DNA of 24,000 nt from an uncultured Actinomycetota bacterium. GTDB lineage: Bacteria > Actinomycetota > Actinomycetes > Mycobacteriales > Jatrophihabitantaceae. Position numbers and translations under genes: made by a program. Below are positions 14,686 to 22,748 of the stretch, piece after piece. The stretch is from contig CAVZHT010000001.1 in NCBI GenBank assembly GCA_963775175.1, positions 2,434,940 through 2,458,939 of the forward strand, written 5' to 3'. Under the pieces are notes generated by a model that was given only the letters and a program-made list of their open reading frames with translations, did not search any database and was not told the DNA's origin. Numbering within the stretch: the stretch's first letter is position 1; each line of letters begins with the position of its first letter.

Positions 14686-15540
14686 ATGGCGCTCGAGAAA
14701 CTCGGCCCCATCGGTATCTGGGCTCGCTACTCAGCACTGACCCCTGAGCTCGCGCAGGAGCTGGAACGCCTTGGCTATTCGGCCCTCTGGCTGGGCGCTT
14801 CCCCCGCCGCCGGGCTCGATGTGGTCGACCCGCTGCTCGCCGCCACGGAGCGGATGATCGTGGGCACCAGCATCGTCAACGTGTGGACGGCCGATGCGCG
14901 GCAGGTGGCCGAGTCGTTCCACCGCCTGGAGGCGGCCCACCCGGGTCGATTCATCCTGGGCGTCGGGGCCGGACATCGCGAGAGTGACGCTGACTACCGC
15001 AAGCCCTACGACGCGCTGGTCGCCTATCTCGACGAACTGGACCGCAGCGAAGTACCGGTCCAGCAGCGAGCCTTGGCCGCCCTCGGCCCGCGCATGCTGG
15101 AGCTGGCCGGCCGCCGCACCGCCGGCGCGCTGCCCTACCTCGTCACCCCGGCCCACACGCGCGCGGCGCGGGCGCAACTCGGCCCGGCTGCGCTGCTGGT
15201 CGCCGAGCAGAAGGTCGTGCTGGACGCGGACGTCGAACGCGCGCGTACCACCGGTCGCGCTCGCGTGGGCCCCTATCTCCGACTGTCCAACTACGTTGCC
15301 AACCTGCGGCGTATCGGCTTCGAGGACGACGACGTGGCGTTCCCCGGCAGTGATCGGCTGGTGGACGCGCTCGCCGTCCACGGGGACGCGTCCGCGGTCG
15401 CCGATGGCGTGCGAGCGCACCTGGAATCGGGCGCCGATCACGTCGACGTCCAGGTGCTGAGCGCGGACACGGACATCCGGCCCACCGCCCGCGCCCTGGC
15501 CGGCGAACTTCGAAGAATGTCGCCCCCGCCGCAGGCCTGA
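14686..15540 (+). CDS. Luciferase-like monooxygenase (LLM) class oxidoreductase, probably F420-dependent
   Basis: The features 'LGPIGIW...ELERLGYSALWLG', 'FILGVGAGH', 'GALPYLVTPAHT' and 'LAVHGDASAVADGVRAHLESGADHV' are typical of the short actinobacterial LLM/F420 subgroup. Confidence 0.8.
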   Translation: MALEKLGPIGIWARYSALTPELAQELERLGYSALWLGASPAAGLDVVDPLLAATERMIVGTSIVNVWTADARQVAESFHRLEAAHPGRFILGVGAGHRESDADYRKPYDALVAYLDELDRSEVPVQQRALAALGPRMLELAGRRTAGALPYLVTPAHTRAARAQLGPAALLVAEQKVVLDADVERARTTGRARVGPYLRLSNYVANLRRIGFEDDDVAFPGSDRLVDALAVHGDASAVADGVRAHLESGADHVDVQVLSADTDIRPTARALAGELRRMSPPPQA

Positions 15541-15575
15541 TGTGGCAACATCAGTGGTCGACCGTTCGAGTCGGA

Positions 15576-15619
15576 AGGAGGTGCGACGTCCCGTGTCGAT
15601 GACCGTTTCCGCGCCTCCT
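15576..15619 (+). promoter_or_regulatory. Stem-loop pairing a strong SD-like AGGAGG with a downstream CCTCCT
   Basis: AGGAGGTGCG (15576-15585) pairs with CGCGCCTCCT (15610-15619). This gives 10 bp, including one G-U pair, around a 24-nt loop that holds GTG 15593 and ATG 15599 of a 10-12-codon ORF ending at TGA 15629-15631. Confidence 0.3.
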
Positions 15620-15677
15620 GGCCTCGGCTGACGACCGATCAGCTCGCCCGGCGGCGCCGCCTGTGAGAGGTGGCCTC

Positions 15678-16298
15678 GTGGCCGTAGACAATCAACTCCA
15701 GCTCGACCGACTCGCCCGCTCGTTCGCCGCCGTGGGCGACTTGATCGACGCGATCCAACCCGGCCAGTGGTGCGCGCCGACGCCATGCCTGGACTGGACC
15801 GTGCAGCGGCTCGTCGAGCACCTGGTCGGCAAGAATCTCGTGTTCACTGCGGTGCTCGCCGAGCGTCCGCTGCCGCAGCGCGGTGACGGCATGCCGAGCG
15901 ACCAACTCGCCCCCGCCTACCGCGCATCGGCCGCCGAACTGCTCGACGGGTTCGCGCAGCCCGGCGTTCTCGATCGCGTCCACCAGGGCCCGCTCGGGGC
16001 CGCCACCGGCGCCGAACGGTTGAAGATCCGCAGGTACGACCTGCTGGGCCACGGCTGGGACCTCGCTCAGGCTCTCGGGCGACCGGCAAAGCTGCCGGAG
16101 GACGCGGTGACGGATTCGCTGGCCTTCGCCCGCGCGGATGGGCGGGCGGTACGGCCCGGCGGCGGGTGCTTCGGCCCGCCCCGGCCCATCGACGACGCCG
16201 CCCCGGCCATCGAGCGGCTGGCCGCGTTCCTGGGCCGCGACGTGCCGGCCAACCGGACGATCAGACTAGCTCGAGGTCGCGGACCCCGAGCTCGGTGA
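15678..16298 (+). CDS. DinB-like / mycothiol-maleylpyruvate-isomerase N-terminal-domain family protein (actinobacterial uncharacterised subgroup)
   Basis: The pattern 'W..PTPC.DWTV..L..HL' is visible in 'QWCAPTPCLDWTVQRLVEHLVG', and the C-terminal region reads 'DLLGHGWDLAQALG'. I prefer GTG 15678 because of the upstream GAGAGGTGG; the tracked start is 15663. The last ~12 codons have poor GC3 because they overlap the convergent activase gene. Confidence 0.75.
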   Translation: MAVDNQLQLDRLARSFAAVGDLIDAIQPGQWCAPTPCLDWTVQRLVEHLVGKNLVFTAVLAERPLPQRGDGMPSDQLAPAYRASAAELLDGFAQPGVLDRVHQGPLGAATGAERLKIRRYDLLGHGWDLAQALGRPAKLPEDAVTDSLAFARADGRAVRPGGGCFGPPRPIDDAAPAIERLAAFLGRDVPANRTIRLARGRGPRAR

Positions 16299-16986
16299 GT
16301 TGCGTGCCGTAGGCCGCCAGGCGGTCCGGGTCGGCTTCGTTCCAGATCCGGGCGGCCCCGCGGGCGCCGTGCCGGCGAAAGCCGATCACCTTGATCCGCA
16401 TGGCCGGGTCGACGTCGAGCAGCCACCGGACGGTGCGCTCCAGGGTCGCCGGGCCGTCGTTCACCCCGGGGACGAGCAGTAGCCGGGTCTCGTACAGCTT
16501 CCCGGCCGCGGCGGCCTGCCGGATCGCGGCCAGGACGGGCGCGTTCTCCGCCCCGGTGAGCTCGCGATGGGCGGCCGGGTCGAGGGCCTTCAGGTCGAGC
16601 ATCACACCGTCGGTCACCGGCAGCAGCGACGACCACACCTCGGCCGGGGCCGCGCCGTTGCTGTCGATGAACCGGGTGAGGTGACGCAGCTGCCGGTCCG
16701 CGGCCAGGGCCGCGAAGAAGGCACCGACGAACGGCGCCTGCAGCGTCGCCTCGCCGCCGGAGACCGTGACGCCCGACAGGAACGGCGCGACCGCCCGCAC
16801 CTCCGCCACCAGCTCGCCCACCTCGACAGTGCGGGCGCGCGGCGTCTTCACCGGGATCGTCTGCGGGTTGTGGCACGCGAGGCAGTTGAAGTTGCAGCCC
16901 TGCAGGAAGATCACGAACCGGTTGCCCGGCCCGTCCACCCACGAGAACCGGATGACGTCAGCGACGAGCGCCGGCGGCGGTCTCAA
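16261..16986 (-). CDS. yjjW: Glycyl-radical enzyme activating protein (radical SAM, YjjW-type)
   Basis: The N-terminus 'SWVDGPGNRFVIFLQGCNFNCLACHN' carries the CxxxCxxC radical-SAM cluster motif in the PFL-activase context, and 'TVSGGEATL' is the SAM-binding motif. The gene lies immediately downstream of, and overlaps, the glycyl-radical enzyme gene. The only start codon available is TTG 16986, a 29-nt overlap, so the start is uncertain. Confidence 0.85.
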   Translation of the reverse strand: MRPPPALVADVIRFSWVDGPGNRFVIFLQGCNFNCLACHNPQTIPVKTPRARTVEVGELVAEVRAVAPFLSGVTVSGGEATLQAPFVGAFFAALAADRQLRHLTRFIDSNGAAPAEVWSSLLPVTDGVMLDLKALDPAAHRELTGAENAPVLAAIRQAAAAGKLYETRLLLVPGVNDGPATLERTVRWLLDVDPAMRIKVIGFRRHGARGAARIWNEADPDRLAAYGTQLTELGVRDLELV

Positions 16987-18514
16987 TGCTGATCACCCGC
17001 TTCGGCGCCCGGTCGGTGACATGGCTGTTCGCCACCGACCCGGCGGCCAGGTACGTGCTGGCGTGCCGGGCACCCTCGGCCGGCAGGGCGGCGAGATCGG
17101 ACTTGCGCACGAGGTAGCCGGTGATCCGGATGAAGTCGTTGCTGTCGAGGTTGAACGTGAAGTCCCGCAGCCCGACCTTGAACGCGCCGCGGATCACATC
17201 GACGACCGCCCGCGGGTTGCGCCGCGCGGTGTCGTCGAAGGCGAGGACGTCGCTGATCCCGGAGGCGAAGCGCTTGTGGTGCGGGGCCACCGTCAGCAGG
17301 TGCTCGACCAGCGGTGGCTCGCTGCCGACCGGTATGCGGGTACCGGCGGTGACGTCGTGGTCGAGATCGATGCCGGACTGCGAGTGCAGGAAGCAGCGGC
17401 CGGCGTTGCCCGCGCAGTAGGGCATCGGCCGCTCGGCGACCAGGGTGGCGACCCGGTCGATGATCCGGTACGACAGCTCGTTCGCGGCGTGGTCGTGGCC
17501 GTAGCGGGCTTGCGGCGAGCCGGCCCGTTCCATCAGCAGGTCGACCGCCTCGGCGAGGCCGAAGATGCCGAACATCGCCGAGAATGCGTCGAGCGAGATC
17601 AGCCCCTCATGGACGAGCCAGCTGTGCTCGTAGAACCGCGCCTGCTCGACGAGATGCCGGATGCGGGATTCGGCGAGCTCGGCGGTCAGCTCCACGTAGG
17701 TGGGCAACGAGTCGGCGAGGAACGAGTCGGCGTCCCCGTCGTGGGCGACGACGGCCTGCTTGAGGTTGAGCCGGACGAGCGTGTGCGACCCGCCGCCGAT
17801 CCGCAGCGAGTTGTAGCAGCTCACCGCCGCGTACCGCTCGCCGAGGTCGTGGGTCATCATCGGGTGGGCGACGAAGTGCGGCTTGCCGCACTCGAAGACG
17901 GTGCGGACGGCGTCCAGCAGGTAGTCGTCCGGCGTCCGCTCCGGGTCGACCCGCAGGGTCAGGTTCGGCACCACCTGCAACAGCTCGCGTTCGAGGCGCA
18001 GCACCGTCCGGCCGACCCGGCTGTCGTCGGGGCCCAGGTCGGTGTGCGTGAAGGCGTCCGGGAACATCCGGTCGAGGCTGATCCAGAACAGCCGCAGCCG
18101 CCGGTACAGCTCGTCGTCGCCGACCCCGTCGAGGTAGGGCTCGAGCAGCGCGTCCAGATCGCCCAGGTACACCGGATAGCCGGTGATGGACGGGACGTGG
18201 GTGTAGAGGATCAGCAGGAAGGCCAGCGCCTCCTCGAGATCGCCCGCGGGCGGCAGCTCGAGGAACGCCGAACCGTTGCGAAGCGCCACCGCGTAGTCGG
18301 GCAGGACGTAGCGGGGCCGGTAGGGCGCGTTGCCCTCGTACATGTCGCAGATGACGCGCTTGTCCAGCGCCTGCGCGCAGGCGTCCGAGACCGGGGGCGG
18401 ATCCACGGCATTCTCCGCCAGTGCCGCCAACTGGTGCAGGCGCTGCCGGTAGGTGAGCGCCGGGTCGTCGACCACGCGGCGCACGAGGCAGCGGAGCTCG
18501 AAGGTCTCCATCAC
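16958..18514 (-). CDS. yjjI: YjjI-family (DUF3029-type) short glycyl-radical enzyme
   Basis: 518 aa. The C-terminal glycyl-radical fingerprint is 'FIRITGYLVRK' (Gly codon 17117-19, matching RVxG[FWY]). Its size is well below PFL-type enzymes. It is paired with a dedicated activase, as in the E. coli yjjI-yjjW arrangement. The start is GTG 18514 or ATG 18511. Confidence 0.85.
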   Translation of the reverse strand: MMETFELRCLVRRVVDDPALTYRQRLHQLAALAENAVDPPPVSDACAQALDKRVICDMYEGNAPYRPRYVLPDYAVALRNGSAFLELPPAGDLEEALAFLLILYTHVPSITGYPVYLGDLDALLEPYLDGVGDDELYRRLRLFWISLDRMFPDAFTHTDLGPDDSRVGRTVLRLERELLQVVPNLTLRVDPERTPDDYLLDAVRTVFECGKPHFVAHPMMTHDLGERYAAVSCYNSLRIGGGSHTLVRLNLKQAVVAHDGDADSFLADSLPTYVELTAELAESRIRHLVEQARFYEHSWLVHEGLISLDAFSAMFGIFGLAEAVDLLMERAGSPQARYGHDHAANELSYRIIDRVATLVAERPMPYCAGNAGRCFLHSQSGIDLDHDVTAGTRIPVGSEPPLVEHLLTVAPHHKRFASGISDVLAFDDTARRNPRAVVDVIRGAFKVGLRDFTFNLDSNDFIRITGYLVRKSDLAALPAEGARHASTYLAAGSVANSHVTDRAPKRVISIETAAGARR

Positions 18515-18667
18515 CTCAGGCTAGGCACCGGCGACCGGGCCGGTAGGGCCCAAGGTCCAGGCGAAACCGGGCCGGGCCGAGATGCTCATCCGCGCCGTTC
18601 CCCTGCCGATACCTGAATTGCGGGCCTCGTGCGGGGTGCCCGCTTCGTGCCGATGGAGGGAGCGCGC
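18515..18667. promoter_or_regulatory. Divergent promoter region between the glycyl-radical operon and the c-di-GMP gene
   Basis: This is a 153-bp non-coding gap between divergent starts. I did not recognise an operator; no FNR/CRP-like TTGAT-N4-ATCAA site was seen. Confidence 0.35.
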
Positions 18668-21600
18668 GTGGCCGAGCCGGGAACCGTCCTCGCGCTGACC
18701 CCGAGCATCGGCGGCTACTACTTCGGCGAGCTGCTCACCGGCCTGAACCGCGAGATCGCGGCGGCCGGCGGGCGGCTCCTTCTCGTGCAGACGCCACCGG
18801 CCGGCGCCCGCGACGACGGCGTCGAGTGCAGCACCTTCTCGACCCCGGTGGCCTGGTCACACATCGACGGCGTCGTCTCGGTCACCACCGCGGCCCGCGG
18901 GACCTACCTGCAGCAGTTGCGGGACGCCGGGAAGCCCGTGGTTCTGGTGAGCACCCGGATGCCCGACTTCGAGGCGCCGCTCGCCGTGCCGGACAACCGC
19001 GGCGGCGCCCGGGCCGCCGTCGAGCACCTGATCTCGCACGGCCACACCCGGATCGGGTTCGTCGGCAATCTCGGCCAGCCGGACATCCGCGACCGGCACG
19101 CCGCCTACCTCCAGGTGCTCCGGGCCCACGGCCTCCGAGCCGAGCCCGGGTTCCTGTACCGGGCGGCCAACAACGACTGGACCGGCGGCGAGGAGGCCGC
19201 CCGGGCGCTGCTCGCCGGGCGTGACCGCCCGACCGCGGTCTTCGCGGCCACCGACCGGAACGCGATCGGCCTGATGCGCACGCTCGCCGAGGCGGGCTTG
19301 GGGATGCCGCGCGACCTCGCGGTCATCGGTTTCGACGACGTCGAGGCCGCCGCCTTCAGCACCCCGACCCTGTCCAGCGTCAGGCAGCGGTTCGACGACG
19401 TCGGCGCGCTCGCCGGCCGCATGCTGCTCGAGCGCATCAGGGGGCGGTCCGTGGCGTTCCGCGAACACGTGCTGCCGACCTCCATCCTCACCCTGCGCGG
19501 TTCGTGCGGGTGCGCGACCGATGCGATGGGGGTCGGGATCGAGCACCTCGACCCGCTGCCCGGCGCGACCGCGGCGCCTCGCCGGTGGGACGAACTGCAG
19601 GCGACGATCGTGCGATCGCTGTACACCGGGCACCGCGCCATCGACGGACCGGCCCGGCGGGCCGTCCGGGCGACCGTCGGCGAGATCGAGCGGGTCGTCC
19701 GGGCCGGCGACGCCGCGACCGCCGAGGAGTTGCTGAGCGTGACGGACTCGATCAACGACCTCTCGGCGCACCCGGTCGTCCAGCGCCGGATCGTCGGGGC
19801 CGTCCTCGACCACCTGCGCTCGGCGCCGGGCGGCGAGCCGTCCGCGGCCGCCGCCACCCAGCTGATCGCCGCGTTGTGGCGCCTGCAGGTGCGGGCCTTC
19901 CTGCAGCAGGTGGAGAGCACGCAGACGGCGCTGGAGGAGCAGTACCAGGTCGACGCCGGGCTGCTCGACGGCCAGGCCGATGCCCGCGACCTCGCCTGGC
20001 TGACCGGCACCCACGTCCGGGCCGGCGTCCTGGCCCTGTGGGAGGGCGGACCCTCGTCCGGGCGCCTTCGCATCGCCGGTCACTACGACCCGCACGGCCT
20101 GCTGGCCGACCCGCCCGGTGACGTGACCACGCCGCAGCAGTTCCCGCCACCGGCGCTGCTGGATGCGGCCGGCACCCCCGACGGCGGCGTCTGCATCGTC
20201 GTCCCGGTCGCGAGCGCCGAGGACGACTGGGGGCTGCTCGCGGTCATCGGCGAGATCAACACCGCGTCGACGCTGGAGACCTACCGGCACTGGGCCACCC
20301 AGCTGTGCGCGTCCTTCCAGGAGGAGAAGCTGCAGGAGGCGGTCCGCGACAGCGAGCAGCGCTACGCGCTCGCCGCCCGCGCGACCAACGACGGCTTGTG
20401 GGAGTGGGATCTCGGCACCGACGCGTTCTACATGTCCGAGCGGTGCATCGAACTGGTGGGCCTGGACCGGGCCGACGCCGAGCGCCGCCTCGACCAGTGG
20501 CGGGCGCGGGTGCACCCGGACGACGTGGGCGAGATGGAGCAGGCGATGGGCCGGGTCCTGTCCGGCTCGCAGCAGACCGTCAGCGTCGAGTACCGGGTGC
20601 GCGCCGGCGACGGGACGCACCGGTGGGTGCTGTCGCGGGCGCTGTCGGTCCGCTCGGCCGACGGCGGCGCCGAGCGGTTGGTGGGCTCGCTGTCCGACAT
20701 CCACGACCGCCGCTCCCTGGAGGAACAGCTGCGGGCCAACGCGCTGCACGACGAGCTGACCGGCCTGCCCAACCGGCGCCTGTTCCTCGCCCGGCTCGAG
20801 CACGCCGTCGAGCTGCAGAAGCGGTTCGCCACCCCATTCGCGGTGATCTTCCTCGACCTCGACGGGTTCAAGGCGATCAACGACTCGCTCGGCCACCAGA
20901 TGGGCGACCGGCTGCTCGCCGCCGTCGGTGATCGCATCCAGGGCGAGTTGCGAGGCGTGGACACCGGCGCCCGCTTCGGCGGCGACGAGTTCGCGATCCT
21001 CCTGCACGACGCGACCCACGACGACGTCCTGCGGGTCGCCCGGCGGGTGCAGTCGGCCGTCCGGGAAGTGATCGCGATCGACGGTCACGAGTTCGTGATC
21101 GGCGCGAGCCTCGGCGTCACCACCAGCGACGTCGACTACTCCTGCGCCGAGGACGTCCTGCGCGATGCCGACACCGCCATGTACCACGCGAAGGAGACCG
21201 AGCGCGGCACGCTCGCGTTCTTCGACGAGACGATGCACGCCCGGGCGCTGAACCAGCTTCGGCTCAACGCCGAACTGCGCCGCGCGCTCGACGACGGCCA
21301 GTTCGAGGTGCACTTCCAGCCCATCGTCGACCTGGTGTCCGGTCGGGCCGACGAGTTCGAGGCCCTGGTGCGCTGGCGGCACCCCGAGCGGGGGCTCGTC
21401 CCACCGGGGGAGTTCCTGCCGCTCATGGCCGAGACCGGCCTCATCGTCCCGCTCGGCCAGTGGGTGATCGACGAGGTCTGCCGCCGCCTCGCCGAGTGGG
21501 GGCCGGCCGTGGCCGGCGTCTCGGTGAACCTGTCCGACCGGGAGTTCTGGCACGCGGACCTGCTCGCCCACCTGTCGGCCTGCCTGACCCGGCACGACGT

Positions 21601-22096
21601 CGACCCGGGCCGGCTCACCCTCGAGATCACCGAAGGCGTGATCATGCGCCGGCCCGAGGCGGCGCGACGCCTGATGCAGGCGATGCACGCGGCCGGGCTG
21701 CGCCTGCACATCGACGATTTCGGAACGGGCTACTCGTCGCTGGAGACCCTGCACAAGTTCCCGGTCGACGCGCTGAAGATCGACCGCTCGTTCGTCGCCG
21801 GACTCGCGACCGGCGACCACAGCGACGAGCTGGTCCGCGCCATCATCGCCATGGGCGCGGCCCTCGACCTCACCGTCGTGGCCGAGGGGGTCGAGACCGA
21901 CCTCCAGCTCCGCTTCCTGCGCCAGGCCGGCTGCGAGGCGGCCCAAGGGTTCCGGTTCCGGCCGGCCGTTGCCGGGGACGAGGTCGCGGCGATCCTCGGC
22001 ACCGTGTTCTGCACCGAGCAACGCCGCGCGGGCGCCCGCCGCCCCGCCACCGCGCACCGCGGACGGCCCGAGCGGGCCGACACCGTCCCGGTCTGA
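18668..22096 (+). CDS. Multidomain c-di-GMP turnover protein: LacI-type ligand-binding core (no HTH), GAF-like region, PAS, GGDEF and EAL
   Basis: GGAGGGAG lies 5-7 nt before GTG 18668; the tracked ORF starts at 18629. The N-terminal ~280 aa align by eye with LacI/PurR sugar-binding cores ('RIGFVGNLG', 'TAVFAATDRNAIGLMRTLAEAGLGMPRDLAVIGFDD', 'PTLSSVRQ'). The PAS domain includes 'NDGLWEWDL...HPDD...EYRVR..DG..RWV'. The GGDEF domain has an intact 'GGDEF' (20978-20992) and an RxxD I-site 'RGVD' five residues upstream. The EAL domain has 'EALVRW', 'NLS', 'EITE', 'DDFGTGYSS', 'KIDRSF', 'EGVET' and 'QGF'. Confidence 0.85.
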   Translation: MAEPGTVLALTPSIGGYYFGELLTGLNREIAAAGGRLLLVQTPPAGARDDGVECSTFSTPVAWSHIDGVVSVTTAARGTYLQQLRDAGKPVVLVSTRMPDFEAPLAVPDNRGGARAAVEHLISHGHTRIGFVGNLGQPDIRDRHAAYLQVLRAHGLRAEPGFLYRAANNDWTGGEEAARALLAGRDRPTAVFAATDRNAIGLMRTLAEAGLGMPRDLAVIGFDDVEAAAFSTPTLSSVRQRFDDVGALAGRMLLERIRGRSVAFREHVLPTSILTLRGSCGCATDAMGVGIEHLDPLPGATAAPRRWDELQATIVRSLYTGHRAIDGPARRAVRATVGEIERVVRAGDAATAEELLSVTDSINDLSAHPVVQRRIVGAVLDHLRSAPGGEPSAAAATQLIAALWRLQVRAFLQQVESTQTALEEQYQVDAGLLDGQADARDLAWLTGTHVRAGVLALWEGGPSSGRLRIAGHYDPHGLLADPPGDVTTPQQFPPPALLDAAGTPDGGVCIVVPVASAEDDWGLLAVIGEINTASTLETYRHWATQLCASFQEEKLQEAVRDSEQRYALAARATNDGLWEWDLGTDAFYMSERCIELVGLDRADAERRLDQWRARVHPDDVGEMEQAMGRVLSGSQQTVSVEYRVRAGDGTHRWVLSRALSVRSADGGAERLVGSLSDIHDRRSLEEQLRANALHDELTGLPNRRLFLARLEHAVELQKRFATPFAVIFLDLDGFKAINDSLGHQMGDRLLAAVGDRIQGELRGVDTGARFGGDEFAILLHDATHDDVLRVARRVQSAVREVIAIDGHEFVIGASLGVTTSDVDYSCAEDVLRDADTAMYHAKETERGTLAFFDETMHARALNQLRLNAELRRALDDGQFEVHFQPIVDLVSGRADEFEALVRWRHPERGLVPPGEFLPLMAETGLIVPLGQWVIDEVCRRLAEWGPAVAGVSVNLSDREFWHADLLAHLSACLTRHDVDPGRLTLEITEGVIMRRPEAARRLMQAMHAAGLRLHIDDFGTGYSSLETLHKFPVDALKIDRSFVAGLATGDHSDELVRAIIAMGAALDLTVVAEGVETDLQLRFLRQAGCEAAQGFRFRPAVAGDEVAAILGTVFCTEQRRAGARRPATAHRGRPERADTVPV

Positions 22097-22142
22097 CCCG
22101 GGCCGCCGTGCGCCGCCGCGCCGGGCAGGCCAGGATGCGGGG

Positions 22143-22748
22143 ATGGAGAAGCTGGATCTGCTCGTCTGGTCGCCCGACGCGCTCGACGCCGCCCGCCAGC
22201 TCGACGTCGACGGGCTGCGCTCGGTGCGCGTGTCCCGGGCCGCGGGGCTGGAGCGCCCGACCCTGCTCATGGGCCGCGGGGCCGAGCTGGCCGGGCTGGT
22301 CACGATCTGGGTCGACAGCGTCGACTCGTGGCCGGCGATCGTCGACCAGGTGCCCGCCGACGCCTACCTCGTCACCGAGTCGGTGCCCCAACCGGTGGCC
22401 GACATCCCGGGCCTGCTCACCCATCTCACCTGGTTCCCCAAGCCCGACCGGCTGTCGGAGGCCGACTTCTTCCACGGCTGGCACGTCGTCCACACGCCGT
22501 CGTCGGCGCTGCTGCACCCGCGCCGCCAGGGGTACGTGCGTGACTCCGTCGCGCGGACGCTGACCCCGGGCTCGCCACCGGTGCGGGCGATCGTCAGCGA
22601 GTTCTTCGAGGTCGACGACTACCTGGACCCGGCCCGGCTCTTCGGCGGCCCGGAGGCGCTGCAGCGCACGGTCGAGGAGCTGCCGCTCTACGCCGACGCC
22701 GCCGACATCTCCAGCTGCCCGGTCTGCGCGGACGGGGACCGACGATGA
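22143..22748 (+). CDS. Hypothetical protein; C-terminal half tentatively EthD-like (dimeric alpha/beta-barrel)
   Basis: ATG 22143 is in frame with the tracked ORF 21969..22748, and GC3 is very high throughout. 'LTWFPKPDRLSEADFFHGWHVVHTP' resembles the EthD pattern (weak, by eye). A C-terminal 'CPVC' is present. The stop overlaps the next start (ATGA 22745-22748). Confidence 0.55.
   Translation: MEKLDLLVWSPDALDAARQLDVDGLRSVRVSRAAGLERPTLLMGRGAELAGLVTIWVDSVDSWPAIVDQVPADAYLVTESVPQPVADIPGLLTHLTWFPKPDRLSEADFFHGWHVVHTPSSALLHPRRQGYVRDSVARTLTPGSPPVRAIVSEFFEVDDYLDPARLFGGPEALQRTVEELPLYADAADISSCPVCADGDRR

Noticed and set aside
18515-18667. Search for a missing LacI-type helix-turn-helix upstream of the c-di-GMP gene
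   Set aside because: The gap is only 153 bp and has no coding-type GC3 in any frame. The protein's N-terminus aligns with the first strand of the LacI core. The HTH is absent, not frameshifted away.
18857-22303. The 1148-aa minus-strand ORF
   Set aside because: It is a mirror-image shadow of the LacI-core/PAS/GGDEF/EAL gene, which has unmistakable motifs. The minus translation is low-complexity and has no motifs. The same reasoning rejects 16766..18616 (+), 10658..12442 (-), 12012..13256 (-), 12820..13914 (-), 13625..14737 (-), 14731..15786 (-), 22688..23863 (-), 4323..5456 (-), 5845..6765 (-) and 7964..9040 (-).
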